Below, piece after piece: positions 18,220-26,859 of a DNA stretch of 64,000 nt. A model generated the notes under the pieces. The model searched no databases and was not told the DNA's origin. It worked only from the letters and a program-made list of their open reading frames with translations. Each line of letters opens with the position of its first letter. The stretch's first letter is position 1. Source of the stretch: Escherichia phage vB_VIPECOMC06; the sequence record PQ416618.1. One strand, given 5' to 3'. The translations under genes were made by a program, and so were the position numbers.

Positions 18220-18513
18220 ATGAAAAAGTTATCATTGGCAGCAATCTTACTTGCAGTATCATGTGCACCGGCTCCAGTTACGGCAGGTTATGATAAAGAC
18301 CTCTGTGAGTGGTCAATGACTGCAAATCAAGAAGATGTTGAACAACAAATCTTCTCTGATATCATGAACATCACTAAACGAGACCGTCCTAATATGGTTA
18401 ATAAAGTTGTTGAACAACTTAAGTCTGGCGGTATCATGCAGTACAATTATGTTTTGTATTGTGACCCTAATTTCGATAACAAAGATATCGTAACCGAAAT
18501 CACAGGTGAATAA
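18220..18513 (+). CDS. sp: Spackle-like periplasmic protein (superinfection exclusion / lysozyme inhibitor), signal peptide
   Basis: 97 aa; signal peptide MKKLSLAAILLAVSCAP; size, position upstream of 61 and GYDKDLCEWSMTA resemble T4 Sp as I recall it. Confidence 0.5.
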   Translation: MKKLSLAAILLAVSCAPAPVTAGYDKDLCEWSMTANQEDVEQQIFSDIMNITKRDRPNMVNKVVEQLKSGGIMQYNYVLYCDPNFDNKDIVTEITGE

Positions 18514-18514
18514 T

Positions 18515-19165
18515 ATGATTTATTATATGCACAAAAATGCGCCATTTAAATATGGTAAATTTCCTAATGCACAATGTTATAATATAACGCCGAACGAAAA
18601 TAATAACGGATATCATATTGGTGTAATTTTTGTAATTGTTAAAGATAACGAAATCGTTGCCTGGGCAGATTTTAAAGGTACAACGTATGATGTTAATCCA
18701 GTGCCTTTCACATATTACAATATAATGGATTTGGCATATGATTATAATTGGTTTAATCACGACGCGTTGGCTCATATTGAAGGTGTAGGATTTGACATCT
18801 CTTATTCTAGCTATTCATTATGTCCTATGAGCCGAGCTCACGGTAAAGATGCATCATATCTTTCATTTCGGAAACGTGTAAACTTCAAACGTAGTACAGA
18901 GTATGTCGGTGGACTCTTTGTTAAAGATAATAAAATAACCCGTATTAGTTATCCTTTAAGTGTAGGTCAAAAAGATGTTGATGTTGATTTAGACTTAACC
19001 GAAAATAACATTAATCATATTGCTTCTGTATATTTTGATATCGATGAAAAAATTGTAGTGTGTGGATACGAATTACCACCTGAAGAAAAGGCCGAAACAA
19101 TTGAAGTCGAATTAGAAATTTCTGTTGATGACCAAATATTTAATGCATTTATGAATCGAGGTTAA
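18515..19165 (+). CDS. Hypothetical protein (216 aa)
   Basis: ATG 18515 with RBS aggtga, just after the sp stop (track start 18506 is an upstream GTG). Confidence 0.5.
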   Translation: MIYYMHKNAPFKYGKFPNAQCYNITPNENNNGYHIGVIFVIVKDNEIVAWADFKGTTYDVNPVPFTYYNIMDLAYDYNWFNHDALAHIEGVGFDISYSSYSLCPMSRAHGKDASYLSFRKRVNFKRSTEYVGGLFVKDNKITRISYPLSVGQKDVDVDLDLTENNINHIASVYFDIDEKIVVCGYELPPEEKAETIEVELEISVDDQIFNAFMNRG

Positions 19166-19166
19166 A

Positions 19167-19364
19167 ATGACTACTGCAATTTGCACTGGTTCTAAAATTA
19201 GTGTTTTTACAAGTTTTGAAGATTATGAAGTTGTTTCAAAACACCAATACCATATTAGCGTAAAAGCTAATGATGGTGTAATTTGGAATATTCCACAGTA
19301 TGAAGGCACCACATATGAAGTCACAGATATAAATGGTGACAAAGCAATCTTTGTAATTGATTAA
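19167..19364 (+). CDS. Hypothetical protein (65 aa)
   Basis: ATG 2 nt after the upstream stop; translational coupling. Confidence 0.45.
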   Translation: MTTAICTGSKISVFTSFEDYEVVSKHQYHISVKANDGVIWNIPQYEGTTYEVTDINGDKAIFVID

Positions 19365-19383
19365 ATATACTCAGGAGGTACCT

Positions 19384-19851
19384 ATGGGTATTATTAACAC
19401 TGCAATAGATTCTGTTTATGCATATAAGTTTATTCGACTAATGCAAAAACCTTTTATCGAATGGAAAGCATACGAAGCCAAAATCATCGATGAACGTGGA
19501 AGCGTTCTTAAACGTCCTTCTACTCCCGAAGAGAAAGCGGCGTATACACCTTTTCATGCTTCAGTTCGTTCAATGAAGCGAATGATGAGCACTGTTCCGG
19601 GTCTTAATGGAATGGCCTCAATGATGTCTGCCTGGAGTGCTGTAGCATCCCGCTATAACATTACAGAAGAACAACAGAAAGAAATATTTAAAGAACTCCC
19701 TTTATTTGAGGATATGGTTGCTGGTGATTCAGGTGGCAGCCCCCAAGCTATTGCATCAGGAACAACTACAGGTGCAGTCGTAAATAAAGGTCCAGAACAA
19801 ATTCCTTCCAAGAAAAGAAAGCGAATTAAAGTAAATATTAATAAGTTGTGA
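19384..19851 (+). CDS. Hypothetical protein (155 aa)
   Basis: ATG 19384 preceded by strong SD aggaggta (track start 19357 is an upstream TTG). Confidence 0.5.
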   Translation: MGIINTAIDSVYAYKFIRLMQKPFIEWKAYEAKIIDERGSVLKRPSTPEEKAAYTPFHASVRSMKRMMSTVPGLNGMASMMSAWSAVASRYNITEEQQKEIFKELPLFEDMVAGDSGGSPQAIASGTTTGAVVNKGPEQIPSKKRKRIKVNINKL

Positions 19852-19857
19852 TATGAT

Positions 19858-19877
19858 GGCCTTATTAATTTAAGGCC
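19858..19877 (+). other. AT-rich hairpin (ggcctta-ttaatt-taaggcc) immediately upstream of the gene 61 SD
   Basis: 7-bp inverted repeat 7 nt after the upstream stop and 4 nt before GGAG of gene 61; no U tail. Confidence 0.4.
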
Positions 19878-19890
19878 TCTGGAGAATACT

Positions 19891-20913
19891 ATGGCTGAAT
19901 GGATAGATAATGAATTTGCTTATCGTGCGTTTTCTCACCTACCTCGTTTTAGACAAATCAATAATTCAAGCACATTTAAATTAACATTTCGATGTCCAGT
20001 TTGTGGCGACTCCCAGACAGATGCAATGAAAGCTCGCGGATGGTATTATGGCGGTACTCCTGGTAATGTACATTGCTATAATTGTCAATACCACAATACA
20101 ATTTCCGGATACTTAAAAGAGTATGATGAAGAGCTTTATCGCGAATATCTAATGGAAGTTCGTAAAGAAAAAGCTAGAATGGAACCAAAGATTGAAAAGG
20201 TTCCTGAACATAAACCAGAGCCGGAGAAAAAGACTATAAATTCTTTGCCGTCTTGTTCTCGTCTGGACAAGCTGCCTGAAGAGCATCCTATTGTGAAATA
20301 TGTTAAGTCTCGATGCATTCCTAAAGAATCATGGAACAGATTATGGTTCACATTAGAATGGCCTAAATTGGTCAACAAGATTCAACCCGGCACATATAAG
20401 AAAGAGATTCCTGAACCGCGTTTGGTTATTCCTATTTTTAATAAAGACGGGAAGGCTGAGTCATTCCAAGGACGTGCACTTCGTAAAGATGCTCCTCAGA
20501 AATATATCACTATTAAAGCGTTTGAGTCTGCAACAAAAATTTATGGTGTTGAACGTGTTAAGGAAGGAGACGTCTGGGTAATGGAAGGCCCTATTGATAG
20601 TTTATTCATACCCAATGCAATAGCTATTACAGGCGGCTCGATAGATTTAGATGTGGTACCATTTAAAGAACGTCGGGTATGGGTAATGGATAATGAACCT
20701 AGGCATCCGGATACTATAGCTCGCATGAAGCGATTAGTTGATGCAGGCGAACGTGTCATGTTCTGGGACCGAGCTCCGTGGAGATCAAAGGATGTGAATG
20801 ATATGGTGATGAAAGAAAATGCAACACCACAAGAAATTTTAGAATATATGAAACAGAATATTTCAAGTGGGTTGCATGCTAAAATGAGATTATCTCGTTA
20901 TTCGAAGATTTAA
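19891..20913 (+). CDS. 61: DNA primase gp61
   Basis: 340 aa; zinc ribbon CPVCGDS...CYNC; TOPRIM-like C-terminal region; matches T4 gp61 in length. Confidence 0.9.
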   Translation: MAEWIDNEFAYRAFSHLPRFRQINNSSTFKLTFRCPVCGDSQTDAMKARGWYYGGTPGNVHCYNCQYHNTISGYLKEYDEELYREYLMEVRKEKARMEPKIEKVPEHKPEPEKKTINSLPSCSRLDKLPEEHPIVKYVKSRCIPKESWNRLWFTLEWPKLVNKIQPGTYKKEIPEPRLVIPIFNKDGKAESFQGRALRKDAPQKYITIKAFESATKIYGVERVKEGDVWVMEGPIDSLFIPNAIAITGGSIDLDVVPFKERRVWVMDNEPRHPDTIARMKRLVDAGERVMFWDRAPWRSKDVNDMVMKENATPQEILEYMKQNISSGLHAKMRLSRYSKI

Positions 20914-21107
20914 ACAAGCCCTATAATAGCAAAGGCCAAATCAACTACAGTATCCAATGGAACAGAAGGAACTATAATACCATGGGCAACTAACAATGGT
21001 GCAATCCCGAAGTTCCACGAAATAATGCCACCTACAACTATTGCAGCGATAGCAGTTTTCTTTTTATTGCCTTTAATAGCGTTGATTAACGATGGAAGTT
21101 TAAACAT
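20910..21107 (-). CDS. Small membrane protein (65 aa) on the opposite strand, convergent with gene 61
   Basis: Strong SD (revcomp ctaaGGAGat) 5 nt upstream of the ATG at 21107; two hydrophobic segments; its stop overlaps the gp61 stop. Confidence 0.4.
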   Translation of the reverse strand: MFKLPSLINAIKGNKKKTAIAAIVVGGIISWNFGIAPLLVAHGIIVPSVPLDTVVDLAFAIIGLV

Positions 21108-21196
21108 AATATCTCCTTAGTTACCTTATTATTTATTACGCTTTATAAAATTAATGTTAGAATTAACTCTCTTATACTGAATTGAAAGGAAAAATA

Positions 21197-21718
21197 ATGG
21201 CGCACTTTAACGAATGTTCACAACTTATTTCTGGTGTTGATAAAGCAGAAGAAGCTTATTTTAATGCTCTGATTCACGAAGATAAAGACCCACTGCAGGT
21301 AATGCTTGATATGCAGAAATCTTTACAAGTTCGTCTGGCAAATGACAAGCCTGAACATAACAAACATCCTGATGAATTGGCCACTGCTGGTGATGTTGTT
21401 GATTGGCTGCGTAATCAGAAAGATTATATTGATGATGAATTCCGTGAACTGTTGACTTCACTTGGCGGTATGAGCAATGGTGAAAAAGCCGCTAGCTCTG
21501 TATGGAAACCGTGGAAGGCACAACATGCTGAATATCGAAATCGTCGTATCGATGAACTGTCTCCTGAAGACCAGCTTGAAATTAAATTCGAGATGATTGA
21601 TATCCTCCACTTTGTCCTGAACATGTTCCAAGGTCTGGGTCTTTCTGCTGAAGAAATCTTTAAACTGTATTACTTGAAAAACCAACACAACTTTGAACGT
21701 CAGGATAATGGTTACTAA
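21197..21718 (+). CDS. 56: dCTP pyrophosphatase gp56-like (MazG-like all-alpha NTP-PPase)
   Basis: 173 aa from ATG 21197 (track start 21182 is an upstream TTG); acidic EExxE-type motifs DDEFRELL and EMIDILHF; adjacent to soc and 61. Confidence 0.6.
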   Translation: MAHFNECSQLISGVDKAEEAYFNALIHEDKDPLQVMLDMQKSLQVRLANDKPEHNKHPDELATAGDVVDWLRNQKDYIDDEFRELLTSLGGMSNGEKAASSVWKPWKAQHAEYRNRRIDELSPEDQLEIKFEMIDILHFVLNMFQGLGLSAEEIFKLYYLKNQHNFERQDNGY

Positions 21719-21724
21719 TTAAGT

Positions 21725-21732
21725 TATAAATA
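21725..21732 (+). promoter_or_regulatory. T4 late promoter TATAAATA upstream of soc
   Basis: Exact TATAAATA 32 nt upstream of the soc ATG. Confidence 0.7.
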
Positions 21733-21763
21733 CACCTGTAATTAAACAACAAAGGAGTTAATT

Positions 21764-22000
21764 ATGGGTGGTTATGTAAACATCAAAACCTTTACGCATC
21801 CTGCCGGTGAAGGCAAAGAAGTTAAAGGTATGGAAGTTTCTGTACCGTTTGAGATTTATTCAAACGAACATCGGATTGCAGATTCTCATTACCAAATCTT
21901 TCCGTCAGAAAAGGCAGCATATTCTACTGTAGTTTCTGATGCAGCTGATTGGAAAACTAAGAATGCTGCAATGTTTACCCCTACACCGGTAAGCGGTTAA
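21764..22000 (+). CDS. soc: Small outer capsid protein Soc
   Basis: 78 aa; GYVNIKTF and HYQIFPSEKAAYSTV match T4 Soc as I recall it; late promoter upstream, strong terminator downstream. Confidence 0.8.
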   Translation: MGGYVNIKTFTHPAGEGKEVKGMEVSVPFEIYSNEHRIADSHYQIFPSEKAAYSTVVSDAADWKTKNAAMFTPTPVSG

Positions 22001-22006
22001 TAATTT

Positions 22007-22040
22007 AAGGAATCCTTCGGGATTCCTTTTTTTTTTTTTT
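22007..22040 (+). terminator. Rho-independent terminator after soc (UUCG-loop hairpin plus 14-T tract)
   Basis: aaggaatccTTCGggattcctt followed by a 14-T run. Confidence 0.85.
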
Positions 22041-22049
22041 GTTTCTACA

Positions 22050-22079
22050 GTTTACAACCACTAAAAACTGTGTTAAGAT
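22050..22079 (+). promoter_or_regulatory. T4-type early promoter (-35 GTTTAC, extended -10 TGtTAAGAT)
   Basis: GTTTAC 22050-22055, 18-nt spacer, TAAGAT 22074-22079. Confidence 0.5.
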
Positions 22080-22108
22080 AATTCTTACTTACTCAAGAGG
22101 AGAACAAT

Positions 22109-22336
22109 ATGTTAAATCGTTGGATTAAACCTAATAACACATTAGGTGCTTTGATTGCTCAAGAAGTTTCGTTGAAATACGGTCTTGGATATTACGATGA
22201 TGTAGTCGTACACTCATTCATGATGGATGGTGAAGACGTCAAATTTAATGCCGAAATCCGTTGGGATGATGGTGGTGTTCGTTTTGTTCGAGGAACAATT
22301 AATGCTTACGATGCTGAAGAAGTTGTTTGCTGTTAA
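22109..22336 (+). CDS. Hypothetical early protein (75 aa)
   Basis: ATG with RBS agaggag. Confidence 0.45.
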   Translation: MLNRWIKPNNTLGALIAQEVSLKYGLGYYDDVVVHSFMMDGEDVKFNAEIRWDDGGVRFVRGTINAYDAEEVVCC

Positions 22337-22349
22337 ACCAGGCGAAGGT

Positions 22350-22550
22350 ATGATGCCTATTCCCGATGCACACGAAAAAAGTTGGGAATATATCGGTGAC
22401 GGAATGGTGGAAGAAGTTGTTCGTCCAAAAACAAAACAGGTTAATGTTTCAAGCTCTTCAAGTTATAATCATTCATACGTATCGTCTTGGCCCGGTGATT
22501 CTGGGTCAAGTTATTCTGATTGTGGTTCAAGCTCAGGGAGCTGCGAATGA
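22350..22550 (+). CDS. Hypothetical Ser-rich protein (66 aa)
   Basis: ATG 22350 after the upstream stop with an SD-like gaagg; the longer track version 22227..22550 overlaps the preceding ORF. Confidence 0.35.
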   Translation: MMPIPDAHEKSWEYIGDGMVEEVVRPKTKQVNVSSSSSYNHSYVSSWPGDSGSSYSDCGSSSGSCE

Positions 22551-22726
22551 ACAGAGTGATAAGATGGTTTAAAAGCTGGGACGATGGTGTCGGTCCGGAA
22601 GATTGGCTGGATGTTCTTGAAGAGAATATGGCTAAAGAATTCCAGAAACACGAAGAGAAGCTCATCGAAGATGAAGGCGAACGTATTGTAAAACTTTATA
22701 TGGGTGAACCATTGAGGAAATTATAA
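22547..22726 (+). CDS. Hypothetical protein (59 aa)
   Basis: ATGA overlap with the upstream stop; the longer track version starts at 22520. Confidence 0.35.
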   Translation: MNRVIRWFKSWDDGVGPEDWLDVLEENMAKEFQKHEEKLIEDEGERIVKLYMGEPLRKL

Positions 22727-23190
22727 TGGATGCTATGTTATTTAAAATGTATTTGCTTGAAGCCAAGTCGTTTAAACATATACCAGTAGAAGATAAGACT
22801 CCACTAGAAATAGCTATTCTCATTAACAAAAGTCTAAATAATCCGCAATATATCGTAGAAGAATTCTGTAAATTGCAGATTCCTAAAGGTTACAAAATTC
22901 GTGTAGAGCGAGTTGGAGCTATTACTCATTCTAAAAATTCTCCGTTTAGTCTTGAAGAAGGCATAAAGGACTTAGGTTATGAATCTACGGAAAATGCCGT
23001 TTATGTTAATCCTGAAAAGCGTTTAGATTTGTTTGAAAAGCGAGACCATAAGTATTTTGCTAAAAAATACTTTATTACATCATTAGCAGATTTAACCCAT
23101 TTGCAACGAGCTATTTGGAAATTTTTTAAGACAAAAGGTGTATCGCTAGAAACATTCTCTGAACCTGCTAGTTTTTATCTCGGTGAATAA
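22726..23190 (+). CDS. Hypothetical protein (154 aa)
   Basis: TAATG coupling with the upstream ORF. Confidence 0.5.
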   Translation: MDAMLFKMYLLEAKSFKHIPVEDKTPLEIAILINKSLNNPQYIVEEFCKLQIPKGYKIRVERVGAITHSKNSPFSLEEGIKDLGYESTENAVYVNPEKRLDLFEKRDHKYFAKKYFITSLADLTHLQRAIWKFFKTKGVSLETFSEPASFYLGE

Positions 23191-23371
23191 TATGGACTTG
23201 ATGAGTATGTTTGATGAGCCTGAAGTTGAGGCTCCTAAAGTGCATCGTAGTGAACTTGTTGATGAACTAGATAGTATTATACAACGTCACGGCTTTAGTT
23301 TACCTGTTGAAGCCCTGAAAGACCTTGCCTCTTATTATGATGACCCTCCACCATGGAGTCCTTGGAAATGA
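23183..23371 (+). CDS. Hypothetical acidic protein (62 aa)
   Basis: Overlaps the upstream ORF by 8 nt. Confidence 0.4.
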   Translation: MNNMDLMSMFDEPEVEAPKVHRSELVDELDSIIQRHGFSLPVEALKDLASYYDDPPPWSPWK

Positions 23372-23531
23372 AAGAGAAATTTAAAGAGAAATTCTTACTA
23401 GAAATCAAGGAAAAAGACTTTGAGACATGGTATCGAATGGTGAAAGGGTTGACATTGCTTTTTAAAGCATCGTTATTCATGTTAGAACAACCTGGACCTG
23501 ATGGACCTTTAGTAGGAAAGCTTAAAAAGTA

Positions 23532-23560
23532 GTTTACATTCCCTCCTCTCGTGTTATGAT
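23532..23560 (+). promoter_or_regulatory. T4-type early promoter (-35 GTTTAC, extended -10 TGtTATGAT)
   Basis: GTTTAC 23532-23537, 17-nt spacer, TATGAT 23555-23560. Confidence 0.5.
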
Positions 23561-23662
23561 AGGCTTATCTTTAAATGGAGGTCTATCATGACATGTCAAT
23601 CTGAACTTCAAGAACGCGAATACCTAACAAAATCATTCATTTAAAAATATTGAATTTTTAGT

Positions 23663-23690
23663 GTACAATCTCTTCCGATGATGATACTAT
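23663..23690 (+). promoter_or_regulatory. Early promoter variant (-35 TGTACA, extended -10 TGaTACTAT)
   Basis: TGTACA 23663-23668, 16-nt spacer, TACTAT 23685-23690; precedes the ADP-ribosyltransferase gene. Confidence 0.45.
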
Positions 23691-23718
23691 ACCTTTATCA
23701 ACCATAGGAGAAACCTAA

Positions 23719-24327
23719 ATGTTTATGCCGTATAATGAATGTGAAATTGAAGAAATGGTTCGTCGTGCTCAATGCCCGGACTATCAGGATGAACTTCAGT
23801 ACAAAATAGATGAGCAATTCAGTGACATTGAACAAAGTGTACTGTGGCAATGTATGGAAAACAAGCCAGACAGCATCCAACAAGATTTAAGTGCAATTGT
23901 TCGTAGAAATTGGTCTTCTTCTGTTCCTGAGACAATGTATCGTGGAATCTCTAAGAAAACTATGGCCACACTCGATGATAAAGGCATTGGTAGTATTATT
24001 AAATTTGACAGAGTAATGAGCTTCAGCCCAGTGTTCAGTGTAGCACGTAACTTCGCTTCATATAATTTTTATGGAACATTTAATATGTTCTGCATCAAAG
24101 ATGCACCATTTGCTTTCAACTTCCGTGAACATATGCTTAACATGATTCTGGCTGCACCATCTTGCGAGTTCAATGGAGCTTTCCCTGAAGCTACAAGACG
24201 GTCTAATGCTAGACTTATATCTGACGAATGTGAATTTATGCTCCCTATAGGGACTACACTGCGTGTAGATTCTATTATTCAAGATGGACGTTATACAATC
24301 TGGAATCTGTCTATTGTAGGTTACTGA
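23719..24327 (+). CDS. ADP-ribosyltransferase, ModA/ModB-like (R-S-E class)
   Basis: 202 aa; catalytic triad elements in order: Arg (YRG), S-x-S (SFSPVFS), E-x-E (SDECEF); position matches T4 modA/modB. Confidence 0.55.
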   Translation: MFMPYNECEIEEMVRRAQCPDYQDELQYKIDEQFSDIEQSVLWQCMENKPDSIQQDLSAIVRRNWSSSVPETMYRGISKKTMATLDDKGIGSIIKFDRVMSFSPVFSVARNFASYNFYGTFNMFCIKDAPFAFNFREHMLNMILAAPSCEFNGAFPEATRRSNARLISDECEFMLPIGTTLRVDSIIQDGRYTIWNLSIVGY

Positions 24328-24402
24328 CTGGATTGGAATAACCAGATGGAACTCAGAACCATTATAACACATAAAAAATTAAAGCATTTTACGAAAAAAG
24401 AG

Positions 24403-24430
24403 TGTACACTACCTGAGGGCATGATATTAT
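24403..24430 (+). promoter_or_regulatory. Early promoter variant (-35 TGTACA, extended -10 TGaTATTAT)
   Basis: TGTACA 24403-24408, 16-nt spacer, TATTAT 24425-24430. Confidence 0.45.
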
Positions 24431-24479
24431 AAGCTTATCAGCTAAACGACCTAACGTCCGTAAGACAGAGGAAAATATT

Positions 24480-25226
24480 ATGTTATCAAATAATAAAATT
24501 AACAAAATCAATCGTCGTCTTGACCACACCAGAGCTTCTGCGAAGAGACGCTCTAAGGATTTTAACTTAGACTTTAATTACCTTAAAAACATTCTTGATC
24601 AAAAGGTCTGCGCTTACTCAGGTGAATCTTTCAATAACTCTGTTGAAGGTGAGAAATTATCCTTAGAACGTTTTAATAATGATATAGGCTACATTAAAGG
24701 TAATGTTATCCCAGTTAAGAAAAAATATAACACGGCTCGTTCTGATTTAACATTAGAAGAGCTTATTGAGAAACGTGATGCCATTGCAAGACGTATCGCT
24801 AATCCTTCTGCCCGTAAAGTAGAGAAACTTAACCTCGACGAGAAGAAATGGGCCCAAATTAAAAAGGTTTATGGTACTATTTTAAAAATCCGAGCAAAAC
24901 GTGAAAATCGTGTTAAGCATATGGCGAACATGATGAAAAATCAACCTTTATCTAACGAATCTAAACTTAGAATTGTTGCTTTGAAAGCACGCATTAATGG
25001 CTCACATCAAGCAGAAGGCCATGAACTTACTAAACTCAACGTTCTTCTTAAAGGCTCTGACTGGAAAACTAAAACTAAATTAACTGACGCTGAATCGCTT
25101 TTCGATACATATGATAAAGTTATCCAAGGTCTGCAACGTTTTGAAAAGATCGGTTTCATTGGTAAATTAAAATTGAAACGTGGCTTACCACTTAGCGCAT
25201 CATTATTCCAACTGATTAAAGGTTAA
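24480..25226 (+). CDS. Hypothetical basic protein (248 aa) in the T4 srd position
   Basis: Lys/Arg-rich; Srd-like assignment is by position and size only. Confidence 0.45.
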   Translation: MLSNNKINKINRRLDHTRASAKRRSKDFNLDFNYLKNILDQKVCAYSGESFNNSVEGEKLSLERFNNDIGYIKGNVIPVKKKYNTARSDLTLEELIEKRDAIARRIANPSARKVEKLNLDEKKWAQIKKVYGTILKIRAKRENRVKHMANMMKNQPLSNESKLRIVALKARINGSHQAEGHELTKLNVLLKGSDWKTKTKLTDAESLFDTYDKVIQGLQRFEKIGFIGKLKLKRGLPLSASLFQLIKG

Positions 25227-25228
25227 TT

Positions 25229-25540
25229 ATGGTTTATGTATATGCAATAGTTTATCGAGATATGGAAGGATTTACTGTCCCGGTTCCACTTGATGAGCAT
25301 CGTCCTGCAGTATTTTTTAGAAAGGATATTGCAGATAAAGTTTTCGATACTTTGAAAACACAGTATAAAACAGATTTAAAAATGGGAGTTCTAAGAATGG
25401 TCGAAACTCCGCGTAAGTTCTGGTTTAATAAGCTTGAAATGAAACACGTTAAACTGGATGCGGAGACGCAAAAATTGTATCAACGAATCCTGGACACAGG
25501 CCGTATTGTTAGTATTCCAATTGCAGGGACTTTACGATGA
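25229..25540 (+). CDS. Hypothetical protein (103 aa) in the dda.1 position
   Basis: ATG 3 nt after the upstream stop; its stop overlaps the dda ATG (ATGA). Confidence 0.45.
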   Translation: MVYVYAIVYRDMEGFTVPVPLDEHRPAVFFRKDIADKVFDTLKTQYKTDLKMGVLRMVETPRKFWFNKLEMKHVKLDAETQKLYQRILDTGRIVSIPIAGTLR

Positions 25541-26850
25541 CATTTGATGATTTGACTGAAGGCCAGAAAAACGCCTTCAACGTTGTTATGAACGCTATTA
25601 AAGAAAAGAAACATCACGTAACTATTAATGGGCCTGCTGGTACAGGTAAAACAACCCTTACTAGATTCATCGTTGAAGCCCTTATTTCTTCTGGAGAATC
25701 AGGTATTATTTTAGCAGCCCCTACACATGCCGCTAAAAAGGTTCTAAGCAAACTTGCTGGACAAGAAGCATCGACTATTCATAGCATTCTTAAAATCAAC
25801 CCAACTACATACGAAGAAAACGTATTGTTTGAACAGAAAAAGGTTCCCGACTTAGCCTTGTGCCGTGTACTGTTATTTGATGAAGCATCAATGTGCGACC
25901 GTTCTCTGTTTAAAATAATGTTAGCTAGTATCCCTAAATGGTGTACAGTAATTGGAATCGGCGACCGATGCCAGATTCGTCCAGTAGACCCAGGCGAATC
26001 AACTGCGTATCTAAGTCCTTTCTTCACTCACAAAGACTTCGTGCAATGCAACCTTACAGAAGTTAAACGTAGCAATGCGCCAATTATTGATGTTGCGACT
26101 GATATTCGTAATGGCAAATGGATTTATGATAAAGTAGTTGATGGACATGGTGTTCATGGATATACAGACCTTAAATCGTATATGATGAACTATTTTAATG
26201 TCGTTAAAACTCCTGAAGACCTTTTCGAAAATCGAATGATGGCATTCACAAATAAGTCGGTGGACAAGTTAAATTCAATTATTCGCCGAAAACTTCTTGA
26301 AACAGAAAAACCATTTATTAAAGACGAAGTCATTGTTCTACAAGAGCCATTTACTAAGACATATAAGCTAGATGGTAAAAATATGACCGAAATGCTTTTC
26401 AATAACGGTCAATTCGTTCGTATTCGAGATGCTGTAGAAACGTCTACATTCGTTAAAGCACGTGGTGTTTCGGGCGAATATATGATACGATACTGGAATC
26501 TTACAGTAGAAACATATGGGGATGATGAAGAATACATCCGTGAAGATATAAAGGTTATTTCTTCTGAAGAAGAGCTTTATAAATTCAATTTGTTTTTGGC
26601 TAAGACAGCAGAAACATACAAATTCTGGAATAAAGGTGGTAAAGCTCCATGGAGCGAATTCTGGGATGCTAAACGTATGTTCACTAAGGTGAAGGCACTA
26701 CCAGTATCAACCTTCCATAAGGCTCAGGGTATGTCTGTTGACACGGCCTTTGTTTATACACCGTGTATCCATTATGCCGATTCAGAATTAGCTAAACAGT
26801 TATTGTATGTCGGCACAACTCGTGGCCGGTTTGACGTCCATTTTATTTGA
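25537..26850 (+). CDS. dda: Dda DNA helicase (SF1B)
   Basis: 437 aa; Walker A GPAGTGKTT; N-terminus MTFDDLTEGQKNAFN matches T4 Dda. Confidence 0.9.
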   Translation: MTFDDLTEGQKNAFNVVMNAIKEKKHHVTINGPAGTGKTTLTRFIVEALISSGESGIILAAPTHAAKKVLSKLAGQEASTIHSILKINPTTYEENVLFEQKKVPDLALCRVLLFDEASMCDRSLFKIMLASIPKWCTVIGIGDRCQIRPVDPGESTAYLSPFFTHKDFVQCNLTEVKRSNAPIIDVATDIRNGKWIYDKVVDGHGVHGYTDLKSYMMNYFNVVKTPEDLFENRMMAFTNKSVDKLNSIIRRKLLETEKPFIKDEVIVLQEPFTKTYKLDGKNMTEMLFNNGQFVRIRDAVETSTFVKARGVSGEYMIRYWNLTVETYGDDEEYIREDIKVISSEEELYKFNLFLAKTAETYKFWNKGGKAPWSEFWDAKRMFTKVKALPVSTFHKAQGMSVDTAFVYTPCIHYADSELAKQLLYVGTTRGRFDVHFI

Positions 26851-26859
26851 GAGAAAATT

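Noticed and set aside
22027-22040. 14-T homopolymer considered as a slipped-strand or phase-variation tract
   Set aside because: It immediately follows a GC-rich UUCG hairpin after soc and is intergenic, so it is best explained as the U tail of an intrinsic terminator.
22366-22572. 68-aa ORF overlapping two other frames in the small-gene cluster
   Set aside because: Fully overlapped by the better-supported frames 22350-22550 and 22547-22726, which show translational coupling and SD sequences.
24480-25226. HNH endonuclease call for the 248-aa basic protein (CAYSGESF ... GYIKGNVIPV)
   Set aside because: The metal-binding Cys/His pairs and the catalytic His-Asn-His are missing; the resemblance is superficial. 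Kept as hypothetical in the srd position.
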